Shown one piece after another: positions 51,456-64,000 of a DNA stretch of 64,000 bases. Below the pieces are notes generated by a model. That model made no database searches. It saw only the letters and a list, made by a program, of their open reading frames with translations, and had not been told where the DNA came from. Source of the DNA: Dipteris shenzhenensis (lineage: Eukaryota); assembly GCA_047967505.1 (NCBI GenBank), contig CM106538.1. One strand, written 5' to 3'. The position numbers and the translations under genes were made by a program. Numbering within the stretch: position 1 is the first letter of the stretch; every line of letters starts with the position of its first letter.

Positions 51456-53909
51456 CCTGTATTCAAGCACAACACAAATTTTAAGTACTTTGACAAACTA
51501 CAATTACTTTGAAAAATCAAAAGTACAATGAGTCCCATTAATACACCTCAAGTTTGTATTCTTCCCAATCATATAAGTATCAATTTCATGCTTTGGGAAT
51601 AGCCTAAAAGGCTTTACAAGGCTTAGAGCATAAATGCTTTGGGAATAGCCTAAAAGTCTTTACAAGGCTTAGAGCATAAATGCTTTGGGAATAGCCTAAA
51701 AGGCTTTACAAGGCTTAGAGCATAAATGTGAAAAAAAATAAGGATTTACAATGATCTCTGAATACAAATTTGAAGTCTGTCATATATAAGTACAAAATGC
51801 TCTGTCAACTCCTGCAACTAATATAAGTGTAAAATGCTCTGTCAACTTCCACAACTGTAATCTGTCATGTCCACTGATACAACTTTCAATCATCTTGAAA
51901 GTTTAAAAACCTTAATCGTTGCTTAAATGGTAGGGTTGTTGTGACTGTGAAACCGAATGTGAACGAATGGACTGACTCCGATTAGGAACTAGTCGGGAAA
52001 TTTTGAGCATGGCTTTGATTGGTTTTTTTGGAGTTCTCTCCTCTAAGGACAAACTAATCTATGCTAATCTAGACTACACCAACCGTCGAAGCGAAGAAAA
52101 GCAAGAAATAATTTCTTTTCCATTGTTCTTTTTAATATCCTTAGGTTGCGAATTAAAAGGAAAAAATAATCTTTCCATTATTCTTTTTAATACACTAAGG
52201 TTGTGAGTTTAAAAAAGATAAAATTTATATTTTATCTTTTTTAAACTCACACCCCTTTCTCTCTCTCTCTCCCCCCCTTCTCTCTCGCTGCCGCCCCCAT
52301 CCTCCCACCCCACCTTCCCCATTCTCACTCCCACGCCCACGTCCATTCTTTCACCTTCCCCATTCCCACTCCCTCTCCCACTCCCATCCTCCCACCCCTT
52401 TCTCTCTCTCTCCCCCTCCATTCTCTCTCGCTGCCGTGGCAGTGGCCCCCCCCTTCTCTCTCTCTCTCTTCTCCTTCTCATTTTAAAAAAGATAAAATTT
52501 ATATTTTCAAAAACTAATTTACTTACAACTCATAAGAATTGAACATTCACATTAATAAGAAGTTAAAATCTTAATAAATTTGAATTTATATAATAAAAAC
52601 TATAAAGTAGTTTAACTTAAAGTTTATGAAAAAATAATGTAAAATAAAGAAAACAAGACTTAAAATTAAAAATTTAATATTTACCTAGAAGAATATATTA
52701 ATTCTCCCTAAAAAGAAATAAATTAAAGTAATAATAACGAATATTCTCCCTAAAAAGAAATAAATTAAAGTAATAATAACGAATGTAAGTTAAACTACTT
52801 TTAAAATTTTAATTTAAAATGTAATAAAATTAAAATTATACTCTTTATATTCCAAAACAAAATGCATTATAGTCTAAATTAAACTAGTAAATTAAAAATG
52901 AAAGTGAAACTCATTTTAAATTCAAAAACAAAGAAAAATTTAAAATTCAAGTTTCTACAAGTTTTGCTTTTAGCATACATTTGTCTTTTCACATCCACGC
53001 GTTTGTCTTTTGAAACACAAGGTTGTCTTTTATCACAATTTTCACATCCACGCGTTTGTCTTTTGAAACACAAGGTTGTCTTTTATCACAATTTTCAAGT
53101 TTTCACACGTTTGTCTTTTCAAACACAAGGATTCATAGTTTAAAAAAAGGCGGGAAATTTTGAAATTCTAGTTTCCACACGTTTCTCTTTTCAAACACCA
53201 AGGTTTATAGTTTTGTTTATTTAAGTTTCGACTAAATCACACACCAATCTCCTCTAATATGCCTCATTGATCATAGCTCCCAAATTCTTCCATCAAAACA
53301 TCTCTCCTTTATCTCTTCTTGATCGTCGCCCACTCATTTTTTCTCCTCATTGGTAAGATTTTTTATCTCGATCGTACTTTCTCTTGTGCCCTTCCTCTCT
53401 AAATTTTCATCAAACACCAAGGTTTATAGTTTTGTTTGTTTAAGTTTAGACTAAATCACATACCAATCTCCTCTCATATGCCTCATTGATCGTAGCTTCT
53501 TCATCTTGTCTCGATCGTCGCCCACTCATTTCTCCTCTTCATTGGTAAGATTTTCTATCTCGATCTCTTCATCTTGTCTCGATCGTCGCCCACTCATTTC
53601 TCCTCTTCATTGGTAAGATTTTCTATCTCGATCGTACTTTCTTGTGTCCTCCCTCTCTAAATTTTCATCTCTCTCACTCTTCTCTCTCTCTCTTTCCTCT
53701 CCGCTCTAGTCTACGTTTCCTCTCATCTTAGTCTACTCTCTCCCCTCCTCTTCATTTCTCCTCTCTCTCTCTCTCTCCCTTTCTCCTCACCTTTTTCCTC
53801 TCTCTCACTTGCGCTCCCCACTCTCTCTCTCACTTGCCGCGATCTCCCCCCCTCCCCTCTCTCTCTCTCTCCTCCCCCTCTCTCTCTCTCTCTCTCCACC
53901 CCTCCCTCT

Positions 53910-55450
53910 CTTTCGCTGCCGCAGCAGCGGCCCCTCCCCTCCTCTCTCTCTCTCCCTCCCCCTCTCTCTCGCTCTCGCATCTCCCCCCTACTCTCTCTCC
54001 CCCCCCTCCTCTCTCCCTGCCGCGGTAGCGGCCCCCCCTCTCTCTTCCCTCTCCCCACCCCTTCCCTCTCCCCCTCTCCCCCTCTCTCTCTCCCTCCCCT
54101 CTCTCTCGCTACCCCCCCTTCTCTCTCTCCCCCCCCTCCCTCTCTCGTTGCCGCGGCAGCGGCCGCGGCCCCCCCCCTTCTCTCTCTCTCCCCCTCCCCT
54201 CTCTCTCGCTCCCTCCGCCCCCTCCCCGCTTCCCTCTCCCCCCCCTACCCCTCTCTCGCTGCCGTGGCAGTGGCCGCGGCCGCCCCCCTTCTCTCTCTCT
54301 CCCCCTTCCCTCTCTCTCGCTGCCCCCGGCCCCTCCCCCCTTCCCTCTCCCCCCCCCTCCCCCTCTCTCGCTGCCGCGGCAGCGGCCGCGGCCCCCCCCC
54401 CTTCCCTCTCCCCCCTCTCTTGCTCCCCCCTCCCTCTCTCTCCCCCCTTCCCTCTCCCCCCCCCTCCCCCTCTCTCGCTGCCGCGGCAGCGGCCGCAGCC
54501 CCCCCTTTCTCTCTCTCCTCCCCTCCCTTTCCCCCCCCCCCTTCTCTCTCCCCTCCCCTCCTTCTCTCGCTGCCGTTGCCGTGACAGCGGCCCCCCCTCT
54601 CTCTCTCTTCCCCCCCCTTCCCTCTCGCTGTCCCCTCTCTCCCCCCTTCCCTCTCCCCCCCTCCCCCTCTCTCGCTGCCGCTGCCGCGGCAGCAGCCCCC
54701 TCCCTCCCCTCTCCCCCCTCCCCCTCTCTCGCTGCCGCGGCAGCGGCAGCGGCCCCCTCCCCTCCCTCTCCCTCCTCCCTCTCACCGCCCCCCTCCCCTC
54801 CCTCTCCCCCCTCCCTCTCACCGCCCCCCCTTCTCTCTCCCCCCCCCCTTGCCCCCGCCCCCCCCCTTCCCTCTCCCCCCCCTCCCCCTCTCTCGCTGTC
54901 GCTGCCGCGGCCCCCTCCCCTCCCTCTTCCCCCCCCCTCCCCCCTCCCCCTCTCTCGTTGCCGCTGCCGCGGCAGCGACTCCCTCCCCTCCCTCTCCCCC
55001 CTCCCTCTCACCGCCCCCCCTCCCTCTCTCGCCGCGGCCCCCATCCCTCCCTCTCCCCTCTCCCTCTCACCGCCCCCCCTTCCCTCTCCCCCCCCTCCCC
55101 CTCTCTCGCTGCCGCGGCAGCGGCAGCGGCCCCCTCCCCTCCCTCTCCCCCCTCGCCTCCCCTCCCTCTTCCCCCTCTCTATCCCTGCCCCTCCCTCCCT
55201 CTCTCGCCGCCCCCCCTCCCTCTCCCCTCCCCTCTCCCTCCCCTCCCTCCCCCCCTCTGCACTGCCGCGGCAGCGGCCTCCCCCTCTCCTCTCTCTCTCC
55301 CCCCCCTCGCTGCTTCTCCCCTCTCTCCCCTCTCTTTTCCCCCTCCCCCTTCTCTCCCCCCTCCCTTTCTCTCCCCTCTCTTTCCTCCCCCTTCTCTCGT
55401 CTCTCTCCCTCTCTCTTTCTTTCTCTCTTTTGCTGCCGAGGCAGCAAGAC
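53910..55450. repeat. Array of ~13 palindromes CGCTGCCGCGGCAGCG (and variants) in CT-rich spacers
   Basis: Perfect copies at ~54369, 54476, 54730, 54962, 55107; the others carry transitions. Same position as the 30114-31591 array. Confidence 0.85.
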
Positions 55451-55539
55451 TCTCTCTCTTCTTTTCTCTCTCTAAAAATCTTTCCTTCACTTTTCTCTCT
55501 CTATAATAAAATTTCAAAGAATACAAATTTTAAAAACAG

Positions 55540-55735
55540 TACCTGGAAAAAAGTTGAAATCGATGCTTGTGCTTGCTTTTGCTCTGCCTCCTCTTTTTGC
55601 TTCTCCTCTTGCTCTTCCTTGTTGAAATGAGAGAAACAATGAGAGAAGGAGAGTATATATAAGAAAAACTAGGGTTTTAAGTGCTTCTCTCTCATTGGTC
55701 CTTCTATAACATTATCTCCTCTCCCATTGGCCTCT
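55540..55735 (-). promoter_or_regulatory. Putative promoter and first exon of the host ParB-Ulp1 gene
   Basis: On -: CCAAT boxes, telo-box-like AAACCCTAG, TATATATA, CCAG|GTAC donor; homologous to 31995-32230. Confidence 0.55.
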
Positions 55736-55764
55736 CTATTAGATTATCTTCTCTCTCTCTCCCA

Positions 55765-56665
55765 CCCACTCCCATCCTCCCACCCCATTCCCACTCCCAC
55801 TCCCACCCCCATCCTCCCACCCCACCTCCCCCATTCTCACTCCCACGCCCACGCCCATTCTTTCACCTTCCCCATTTCCACTCCCTCTCCCACTCCCATC
55901 CTCCCACCCCACCCCTCCCACTCCCACCCTCACTCCACCCCCACCTCCCCCATTCCCACTCCCACTCCCACTCCCATTCTCCCACCCACTCACATCCTCC
56001 CACCTACACCTCTCACTCCCACTCCCATCCTCCCACCCCCACCCCTCCCCCCCCATTCCCACTCCCACTCCCATTCTCCCACCCTTATCCTCCCACCTCA
56101 CCCCTCCCACTCCCATCCTCCCACTCCCTCTCCCACTCCCACTCCCACTCCCATTTTCCCACCCCCCCACCTCCCCCATTCCCACTCCCACTCCCATTTT
56201 CCCACCCCCCCCACCTCCCCCACTCCCACTCCCTCCCCCATCCTCCCACCCCACCCCTCCCACTTCCACCCCCACCTCCCCCATTCCCACTCCCATCCTC
56301 CCACCTCACCCCTCCCACTTCCACCCCCACCTCCCCCATTCCCACTCCCTCTCCCACTCCCATCCTCCCACTCCCACTCCCCACCCCACCCCTCCCACTC
56401 CCACTCCCATCCTCCCATCCTCCCACCCTCACCCCACCCCCACCTCCCCCATTCCCACTCCCTCTCCCACTCCCACTCCCATTCTCCCACCCCCACCTCC
56501 CCCATTCCCACTCCCTCTCCCACTCCCACTCCCATCCTCCAACCCCCACCCCCACCGCCCCCATTCCCACTCCCTCTCCCACTCTCCCTTTCTCCCACTA
56601 CCACCCTCCCACACTCCCTTTCTCCACTTTCCCACTCTCCCTTTCTCCCACTACCACCCTCCCAA
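55765..56665. repeat. Degenerate (CCCACT/CCCATC)n hexamer tract
   Basis: Directly visible. Confidence 0.9.
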
Positions 56666-56741
56666 CTATCAATTCCACTATTACTTATGAATTCTAATTA
56701 AAACTATTACTTAAATAAATGATATTACTTGAAAACACTCA

Positions 56742-57688
56742 TAGGATTTAAGGTTTAGGATTTCGTGGTTTGGGTTTAGGATTTGGGGTTTAGTGAGTTA
56801 GGGTTTAGGGTTTAGGGTTCAAGGTTTGAGGGTTAGGGTTTGGGGGTTAGGGTTTAGAGTTTGGTGGTTTAGGGTTTAGGGTTTAGGGGTTAGGGTTTAG
56901 GATTTAGGGTTTAGGGGTTAGGGTTTGGGGGTTAGGGTTTAGGGTTTAGGGTTTGGGGGTAGGGTTTAGGGTTTGGGAGTTAGAGTTTAAGGTTTAGGGT
57001 TTAGGGTTTGGGGTTTAGGGTTTGGGGTTTAGGGTTTGGGAGTTAGGGTTTAGGGTTTAGGGTTTGGGAGTTAGGGTTTAGGGTTTAGGGTTTAGGGTTC
57101 AGGGTTTAGGGTTTAGGGTTTGGGGTTTAGGGTTTGGGATTTAGGGTTTAGGAGTTAGGGTTTAGGGTTTAGGGTTTGGGATTTAGGGTTTAGGGTTTAG
57201 GGTTTGGGAGTTAGGGTTTAGGGTTTAGGATTTAGGGTTTAGGGTTTAGGGTTTGGGGGTGAGGGTTTGGGGGTTTAGGGTTTAGGGTTTAGGGTTTAGG
57301 GTTTAGGGTTTGGGGGTTAGGGTTAAGGGCTTAGGGTTTAGGATCTAGGGTCTAGGAGTTAGGGTTTAGAGTTTAGGGTTTGGGGGTTAGGGTTAAGGGT
57401 TTAGGGTTTAGGGTTTAGGGTTTCGGGTTTTGGGTTTGGGAGTTAGGGTTTAGGGTTTGGGGTTTAGGAGTTAGGGTTTAGGGTTTAGGGTTTGGGGGTT
57501 AGGGTTTAGGGTTTAGGGTTTAGGGTTTAGGGTTTGGGAGTTAGGGTTTAGGGTTTAGGAGTTAGGGTTTAGGGTTTGGGGTTTAGGGTTTGGGGTTTAG
57601 GGTTTAGGGTTTGGGAGTTAGGATTTGGGGTTTGGGGGTTAGGGTTTAGGGTTTGGGGTTTGGGGGTTAGGGTTTAGGGTTTAGGGTT
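56742..57688 (+). repeat. Interstitial plant telomeric repeat (TTTAGGG)n, degenerate, ~940 bp
   Basis: About 130 TTTAGGG/TTTGGGG/GTTAGGG units. Confidence 0.95.
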
Positions 57689-57826
57689 GTTATTGGTTAG
57701 TGTCTAATTAAATTTTCAAACACGTTCTGGATTTTTAAATCATTACTAAAGTAGATTATTGAGAAGAGACTAATGTTCTTTATAATGGTTGTTACAGCTT
57801 GTTTGCAGAGGAAACTCACAAAGGAG

Positions 57827-60800
57827 ATGGCTACAAAATTTATTCCGGGGATGGAGGTGATTTTATGTTGCAAAAGAGAAGTAGTTGCATTTGCTACAAT
57901 CCATGAAAGTGATCCAAATTCTATTTGTCACTTTAGAAGACTTGGCGAAGATAAGGTAGCGGTTATCGTATCAAGGATTCTTAGTGCACATGTTGAGCTA
58001 AAGCATAAGTGTGGGGATATGGAAATACTTGGAGATGTTATGCCCTATAATACTTCCAACAAAGCATTTATTGCATGGGACAGAGATGAGACTTATCCAG
58101 CACATGTCATCAGGAATACAAAGTGCATATCTTTGGATTTTAGAGTGGGAGATATTTTACAAATGTTATCATTTACAAATAAGTATGTAGCAGAAGGTCA
58201 AGTCTTGGGATTTGAACAAGTTGAACACTGGACATTTGCGCAGATGAGAATTCAAAAAGTTACTGATGATGGTATGGATGATAACTCAATGTCATTGGAT
58301 GGTCCCTATTATGAGGTAGGTAAGGATTTGAGATGGAGCATGCAATTTTTAAAGATTGGAAAGACTCGGCATGTGGTTTTTAATGACAAACATAATGTAT
58401 ACTACAACATCAAAGAATTGAAAGAATATGCCAATGTACCAAGCTCTATTCCTTCAGAGATGGATGATTCCAATGCACTCAACTATAGCACTGACGTCTT
58501 ATCAGAAGTCGATGAGTTCATTGGTACCGAGAAAGAAAAATATTTCACAAGTGATGCCTTATCCGGGGGGATGAGTTCATGCACATTGAGAACTTGGGCA
58601 AAGATGTGAAAAGTGTTATATCTTCAAGCATGGATGGCTTCATGGATACTGATAAAGTTCTTGGAGTCAAAGCAGGTAACTATGGAATTATGGAAATCAT
58701 GCACGATAGTATAATGAGTGATGTTCTCTCTGGAGTAGAGGAGTTTCAAGACTATGGAGTTATGAAATCCATAGAAAGTGCATCAATGAGCGATGTTCTC
58801 TCAGGAATAGATGAGTTTGAAGATCATTCTGGACACTCTATCACCACTGACTATGGAGTTATGAAATCCATAGAAAGTGCATCAATGAGTGATGTTCTCT
58901 CAGGAATAGATGAGTTTGAAGATCATTCGGGACACTCTAATGCCATTGTGACAAGTGGTTCTACGATTGTATCAAAAGTAGGGATGAGATCAACAAAGGA
59001 CTATTCGGTGTTTGACTTTGATTGTGAACTTGTAAATGTTACAAATGGTTTGACAAATGTATCAAAAGAAAGGATGACATCAACAAAGGAATATTCAGTA
59101 TTTGACTATCAGAGTGATAAGATCAAGGATGCAACATCTCATGAAAACAACGTGACAAATAAATCTTACAAGGAGAACTACACAAATCCAAATAAGAATG
59201 AACAGAAGGTCCCAAAACGGACATACAGATGCATGAAAAGACAACGAGTGCAGGCAGATCCAGAAAAGCAACCAAAGAGAATAAGAGTAATGAATGAAGA
59301 TGTTATGCTAAAAGCAATGCGATCTACATGCTGTAAGCATACATGTATGCGATCCATTAACTTACATGACATCAAGGGTTGTAGAGAACATGTCTGGCAA
59401 AGGAAAGGAAGCAGAAGAAATGAATACCTACTCACGAGATTGTCTTGCTTTCTTGTAAATGATAAGAGAAGGCAAAGTTCAGGACATCAAATAAGGCCTC
59501 TTATAAATGGAAAAAGTATATGCAATAATGCATATCGCATTATTACAGGATTATCACATGGCACATATTGGAATTTGGCTAATAAAGCAAAGTATGGAGT
59601 TAAATTTAACATTCATGGAAACATAGGAAGGCCCAAAACAAGAGCCTCAACGGTTGCGGCAACAGCAATTTTGAAAGATTACATTTATGAAAATGCTTTA
59701 CCGCAACCCCACCTATCAGAAATGCATCTTTCGATAGGTTTGACCAAAAAAGAAGTATTTAACTCTATTGGAGAAACACAGAGGCAAAGAGGGCATGCAC
59801 CGGCATCTTTTCATACTTTGTATACTCTTTGGAAAAAAAGCTTTGGACATGTTAAAATCCCAAAGAGGCAAAAAATGTCAAAGTGCAACGACTGTGATGA
59901 TCTAAAGCGAGCACTTGAGAGTGCAACATCTCCAGAACAAAAAGAAGCTTACAAAAGAAAGAGAGAATTTCATCATGGACTTGTTCGACATTCTAGAATA
60001 AAATATACATTTTGGAAGGAGCAAGCTATTTCTCACCCAAATGAGTACATGTGCATTATTTAGATGGTATGGATCAAAATACAACAACATTACCTCGATT
60101 CGTTAACACTCCACCTAAGCTACAAGGCAAATACTTTTTAAAGACACATCTATGTGGAGTGTTAGTGCACGGATTTAAGTTTTTTGCAGACATATGGATT
60201 GATTCCTTGCATCTACACGATAGCAATCAAGTTGTAACATCCGTTATGAAGGCAATTCACAATGTACATGCAGAAAAAGGTCGCCTACCAGCAACTTTGA
60301 GAATACAAGCAGACAATTGCGGACGAGAGAATAAGAATGTACTCTTCTTTGCATTTTGCTCAATGCTAATCGCTCATAGAATCTTCAATGAGATTGAAGT
60401 TGGGTTTTTGTTGGTTGGGCACACACATGAGGATATCGATCAGGTATTTAGCATAGTTTCAAGAGAACTAAAACACAAGGACATGGAGACAATGGATGAC
60501 TTGATAAGAAAATGCGGGAGGCAAGTTGGTGGCCGTAAGGAAGGAACAATATGCTCAATGGTTGAGAGGATGTATGATTGGAAGAGCTTTATTCTACCTT
60601 TCATACAAAAAGGTGGTGATGCCCTGATTGGTCATAGCGCTCCACACTATTTTCGATTTTTCTTAAAGGATGAAAAACCAGTGATGCAATGGCAACACTA
60701 TTCTCTTGATACAAAATGGGAACCTGAAGAACCTTACTCTCTCTTAACTTCAATCCCGAGCAAAGAAATGCATCCAACATGGGCTCCTATAAAAGAATTC

Positions 60801-61025
60801 AGAGAGAAATCCAAAGGTGAAATAGAAGGCTTAAAAGCTTTTATTGCATACAAAGAGGAAATGCTCCGGAGATTTCCTGATTGGAAGCCCTCTTGGAAGG
60901 AACACACTACTGTTGTAATTAGCAAGACCTACCAATTGATAAAGGACCTTGCAAAAATGTGAGAAGATGATATTAAGGCAGAACGGCCTTTATTTTGGCC
61001 AAATGTTGCTAATGACTTGCGTCCT
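57827..61025 (+). pseudogene. Host-element Sola1-like transposase, disrupted and 3'-truncated
   Basis: Colinear with 41259-44229. Frameshifts at ~58570 and ~60060, stop at 60960; DGMDQ, DNCGRENKN and VGHTHEDIDQ retained; splice acceptor at 57797. Confidence 0.88.
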
Positions 61026-61116
61026 TAGAATGAGAACTAGCATCAAGCTGGAGATAGACTATAAGAACATATCACACTATTAGAATTACCATCTAATCAC
61101 ACATCCTGAGCAACTA

Positions 61117-64000
61117 GGGTCATTGTTTGCTTGGGTGTAGCCATTTTTGGTGAGGTTCAGGGACTTTTCTGTATATGGGTATATATATGGGTATATTGCA
61201 TGACCCATAACTTATGCATTGCTCAACAGGATTCGGCAAACTTAGTCTTCAAGTTATAGTACACATTCCAAACTTGAACATGAGAGCAAAAAAATATAGA
61301 ATAAGGATTTGGAATGAGGTTGTTAAAGCATTACAAGTGCTATATTGCATGTGAAGCATGCATCTTGAAGACTATAGGATATAGCAATTTATTCAAAAAC
61401 ATCAAAATTTTGTGCTAAAGATACATGCAACCAAGTAATCATTCTAAAGTACACTACGAGAGCTTCTTCTCAACCCAAGGACACACCTAAATGAGATCAT
61501 TATGCATGGGTTAATGGGCCTCCAATGTTGTGCTAAAGTGATGCATACCCATTTGAGGGCATACTCCATAACTTTCTTTTGATGTGTTGAAATTGAAAAT
61601 TTGGAATCCAAACTATTGGAACTAGTGCATGGTGGTCTTAAAACATGGATAGTTGGTGGTATTGGTATCTAGATTTACCCTAAAATGGAAGAACTTGAAA
61701 AAGTGCAATTTGTGCATGTGCAAAGATATTTGAATAAATCCAACACTATTTAGAATTTTGAATTATTTCTTTTTCCATGCACTTGCTTGCTATATGGCTC
61801 ATAAGCATGCCAAAGGTCATTGCATTTAATAATACATAGCATCAAACCCGATAGTGTGCCCTTTGGCCTATTTGTGTTTTGAAGCATTTTAGGCCACATT
61901 GCACTTGTTTGGGATATCTAATTCTGCTAACGTGTATCATCAGAGGGGGAAAAACTGACGGCTAAAATTTCACTACCCTACAAAATTTGAATTTTCACAC
62001 CTCCTGCCCATCAAATCTTAAAAGATTAAGTACCTACAACCTGCCCCCACCTCGCAAATGCCGTGCAACCTGCACGCACCTCGACATGACCTTGTGCAGA
62101 CTTTGGTTTGCCATTGTCTTCTTTCAGGTATGTTGTCTTCTATTCTTTGCTTGCCTCACTAGCTAGCTTCTCTGTGTGTATTCTAGACTGATCGTGGCCA
62201 TGGCATCAATGGCAACATGCAGCTCACCATGGCTTGTAAGAGAAGCAGACAGAGGTTGCGAGATAGGAAAGCCGAAAAGCTAGGTCACGGCAACAAAAGA
62301 TACATTTGTAACATCTGCGAAGGGAGAAACAATGAGAACAAAGAAGATTACTTGTAGAGCAGTAGCAAGAAGCAGTTGCAGATGGACACATTCGATCATT
62401 GCCATCGGAGCGAAGAACACGAGCTGTGGTGTCACGATTGGTGGGAGCATTAAAGGCAACAACATCAGGCCATTCACATGATTACCAGTCTTGAGTCTTC
62501 ACAAGCTTTAGCCTGCACCCTAAAGTTCATAGAGTAACAACCCTACCAACACCTCAGGAGATGCACACCGAAGAGGGGATGCTCTCTAACCTGAGAAATG
62601 GCCTACAGAAAGTGAAAGGGGTGCATAGCTTAGATCAACTAGCTGCAAAGAGGGCGACATTAGCTATGTTGATGTCCCCTAAAACAAAGGAGAAATGGCT
62701 TGAGTGCACAATGTCAAAGATGTTGTCAATCAGATGGACCAACATGGCTCTAGCAGTTGAACGTAGAGTAGAAGCAATGCACGATCATCCCAATACGAGA
62801 AGTCTGTGGGCTTCAACAAAACACAAGAAAAGGAGAGACAGCCTAAGTGCAGAATTCATTGCTACAGTGATGACGTTTTGGCACAAAAATACGAGAGTTT
62901 CTCTAAATAGAAAGGACATCTGTAAGAAGCAAACGGGATGTAAGGTTTTGAGGAGAACATCATACACATGCTAGATACAATGCAGGTCAGTGGTGCCTAA
63001 ACTAGCCCGGTGGTTGTTTGTGATTAAGCTTTGGGATAGTTTACTTGTTTCTTTTCTTAAACTAGGCTTGGACTAAATGTGATTGTCCTAAACCAGCCCG
63101 GTGGTTGGAACATCATGCAACCATAGGCTGGTTCAGCTCAATCTCTAGTGATATGATTGTCTTGAACTAGCGTAGTTGAACAGACATTAGTTATTGTCCA
63201 GCCTGGTGGCATGGTTGAGCAAAAATTAACAGCAATATATTGTTATTTTACTAAACCAGCTCGGTGGTTGGAACATCATGCACCCATGGCTGCTTCAGCT
63301 CAATCACTAGTTATGTGATTGTCCTCAACTAGCGTGGTTGAACAGACATTAGTTATTGACCAGCCCGGTGGTTGAAATTATTGTGTTTCTAAGTACTTAA
63401 ATTCATTACATTTAATTTCCTGCTATTCGGGTCATATACCACTATTAAATTGTGGAATTTAGAAATGAAAAGCAATATATTGTTATTTTCTAATGGTGAA
63501 ATTCAAAAATGAAAAGCAATATACTTGTTATTGTCTAATATGTGAAGTTGAGACCGTCAGGCTAAACCATCCCGATGGTTGAAACTGTGATAGTGTCCTA
63601 AACCATCTCGGTGGTTGAAACTATGACTATCGTAAACGTGTCCTAAACCAGCCCGATGATTGAAATTGTGGTTGTCCTAAACCATCACGATGATTGAAAA
63701 TTATTTTATATACTTTAATTAGATTATGTTTTGTATGCTTTTAGTAGTAGCAAAAAGGGGGCTCATTGTTCTATTGTTCCCGCATGTTGGGTCAGTAGAT
63801 GGAGTTGTATCTCAAGTTTGAGGATTAGAATCCGGACATTACAATTGGGTAGAGGAACTTTTGAGCATTGTAAGCCTTCGTACGTCTGGAAACTCAAAGA
63901 CAAGAATGTTTGTTGTTGCAAAACACACATAGACTTTGACCTAGCCTAGCAAGCTATGAATGACTTGAGATCTGGTCGTGTTAGAGCATTGCTCCATGGG
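61117..64000 (+). mobile_element. Sola2-like element 5' end with decayed transposase N-terminal exons
   Basis: GGGTCATTGTTTGCTTGGGTGTAGCC terminus; RRDSLS...FW...TRVS..RKDICKK (62561-62974); KPSYV..LKDKNVCCCKTHIDFDLA (63870-63946), matching 4979-5450 on the opposite strand. Confidence 0.75.

Larger units (their letters stand above)
14167..61025 (+). mobile_element. Older host giant Sola1-like element (14167-17247 plus 46428-61025), right end lost or interrupted
   Basis: Left TIR AACACTTATTTCATTAATTTTGGACT at 14167-14192 (25/26 identical to the younger element's TIR), preceded by TTAT. Same gene order as the nested copy. Transposase breaks off at ~61025. Confidence 0.85.

Noticed and set aside
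53809-56701. Long Pro/Ser/His-rich ORFs
   Set aside because: Artefacts of CT-rich, palindrome and CCCACT repeats.
56742-57688. True chromosome end or fusion site
   Set aside because: Single orientation, degenerate, and flanked on both sides by sequence homologous to the sister transposon.

Overview
Repeat-dense eukaryotic DNA, most likely from a land plant (TTTAGGG tracts, spliceosomal introns). No ordinary host gene is present; the window is a stack of nested transposons. The main structure is a 29.2-kb DNA transposon (17248-46423) with perfect 26-bp TIRs and a 4-bp AAAT target duplication. It encodes (i) a Sola1-like DDD transposase on + with one premature stop, (ii) a divergently transcribed, apparently intact ~1,930-aa spliced gene on - combining a ParB/Srx-like (DGQH) domain, a probable degenerate methyltransferase-like domain and three tandem Ulp1/C48 protease domains, and (iii) a small helical ORF. 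Between the two large genes lie an array of 19 GC-rich 24-bp palindromes and an ~8.2-kb 182-bp satellite. This element sits in an intron of an older relative (left TIR at 14167, continuing 46428-61025) with the same gene order. The older element has two protease domains, a different palindrome with the same GCCGCGGC core, and a plant telomere tract where the younger one has the satellite. The flanks hold decayed Sola2-like elements, MITEs, a foldback, a transposase fragment and an LTR. All family assignments come from motif recognition by eye; no searches were run.
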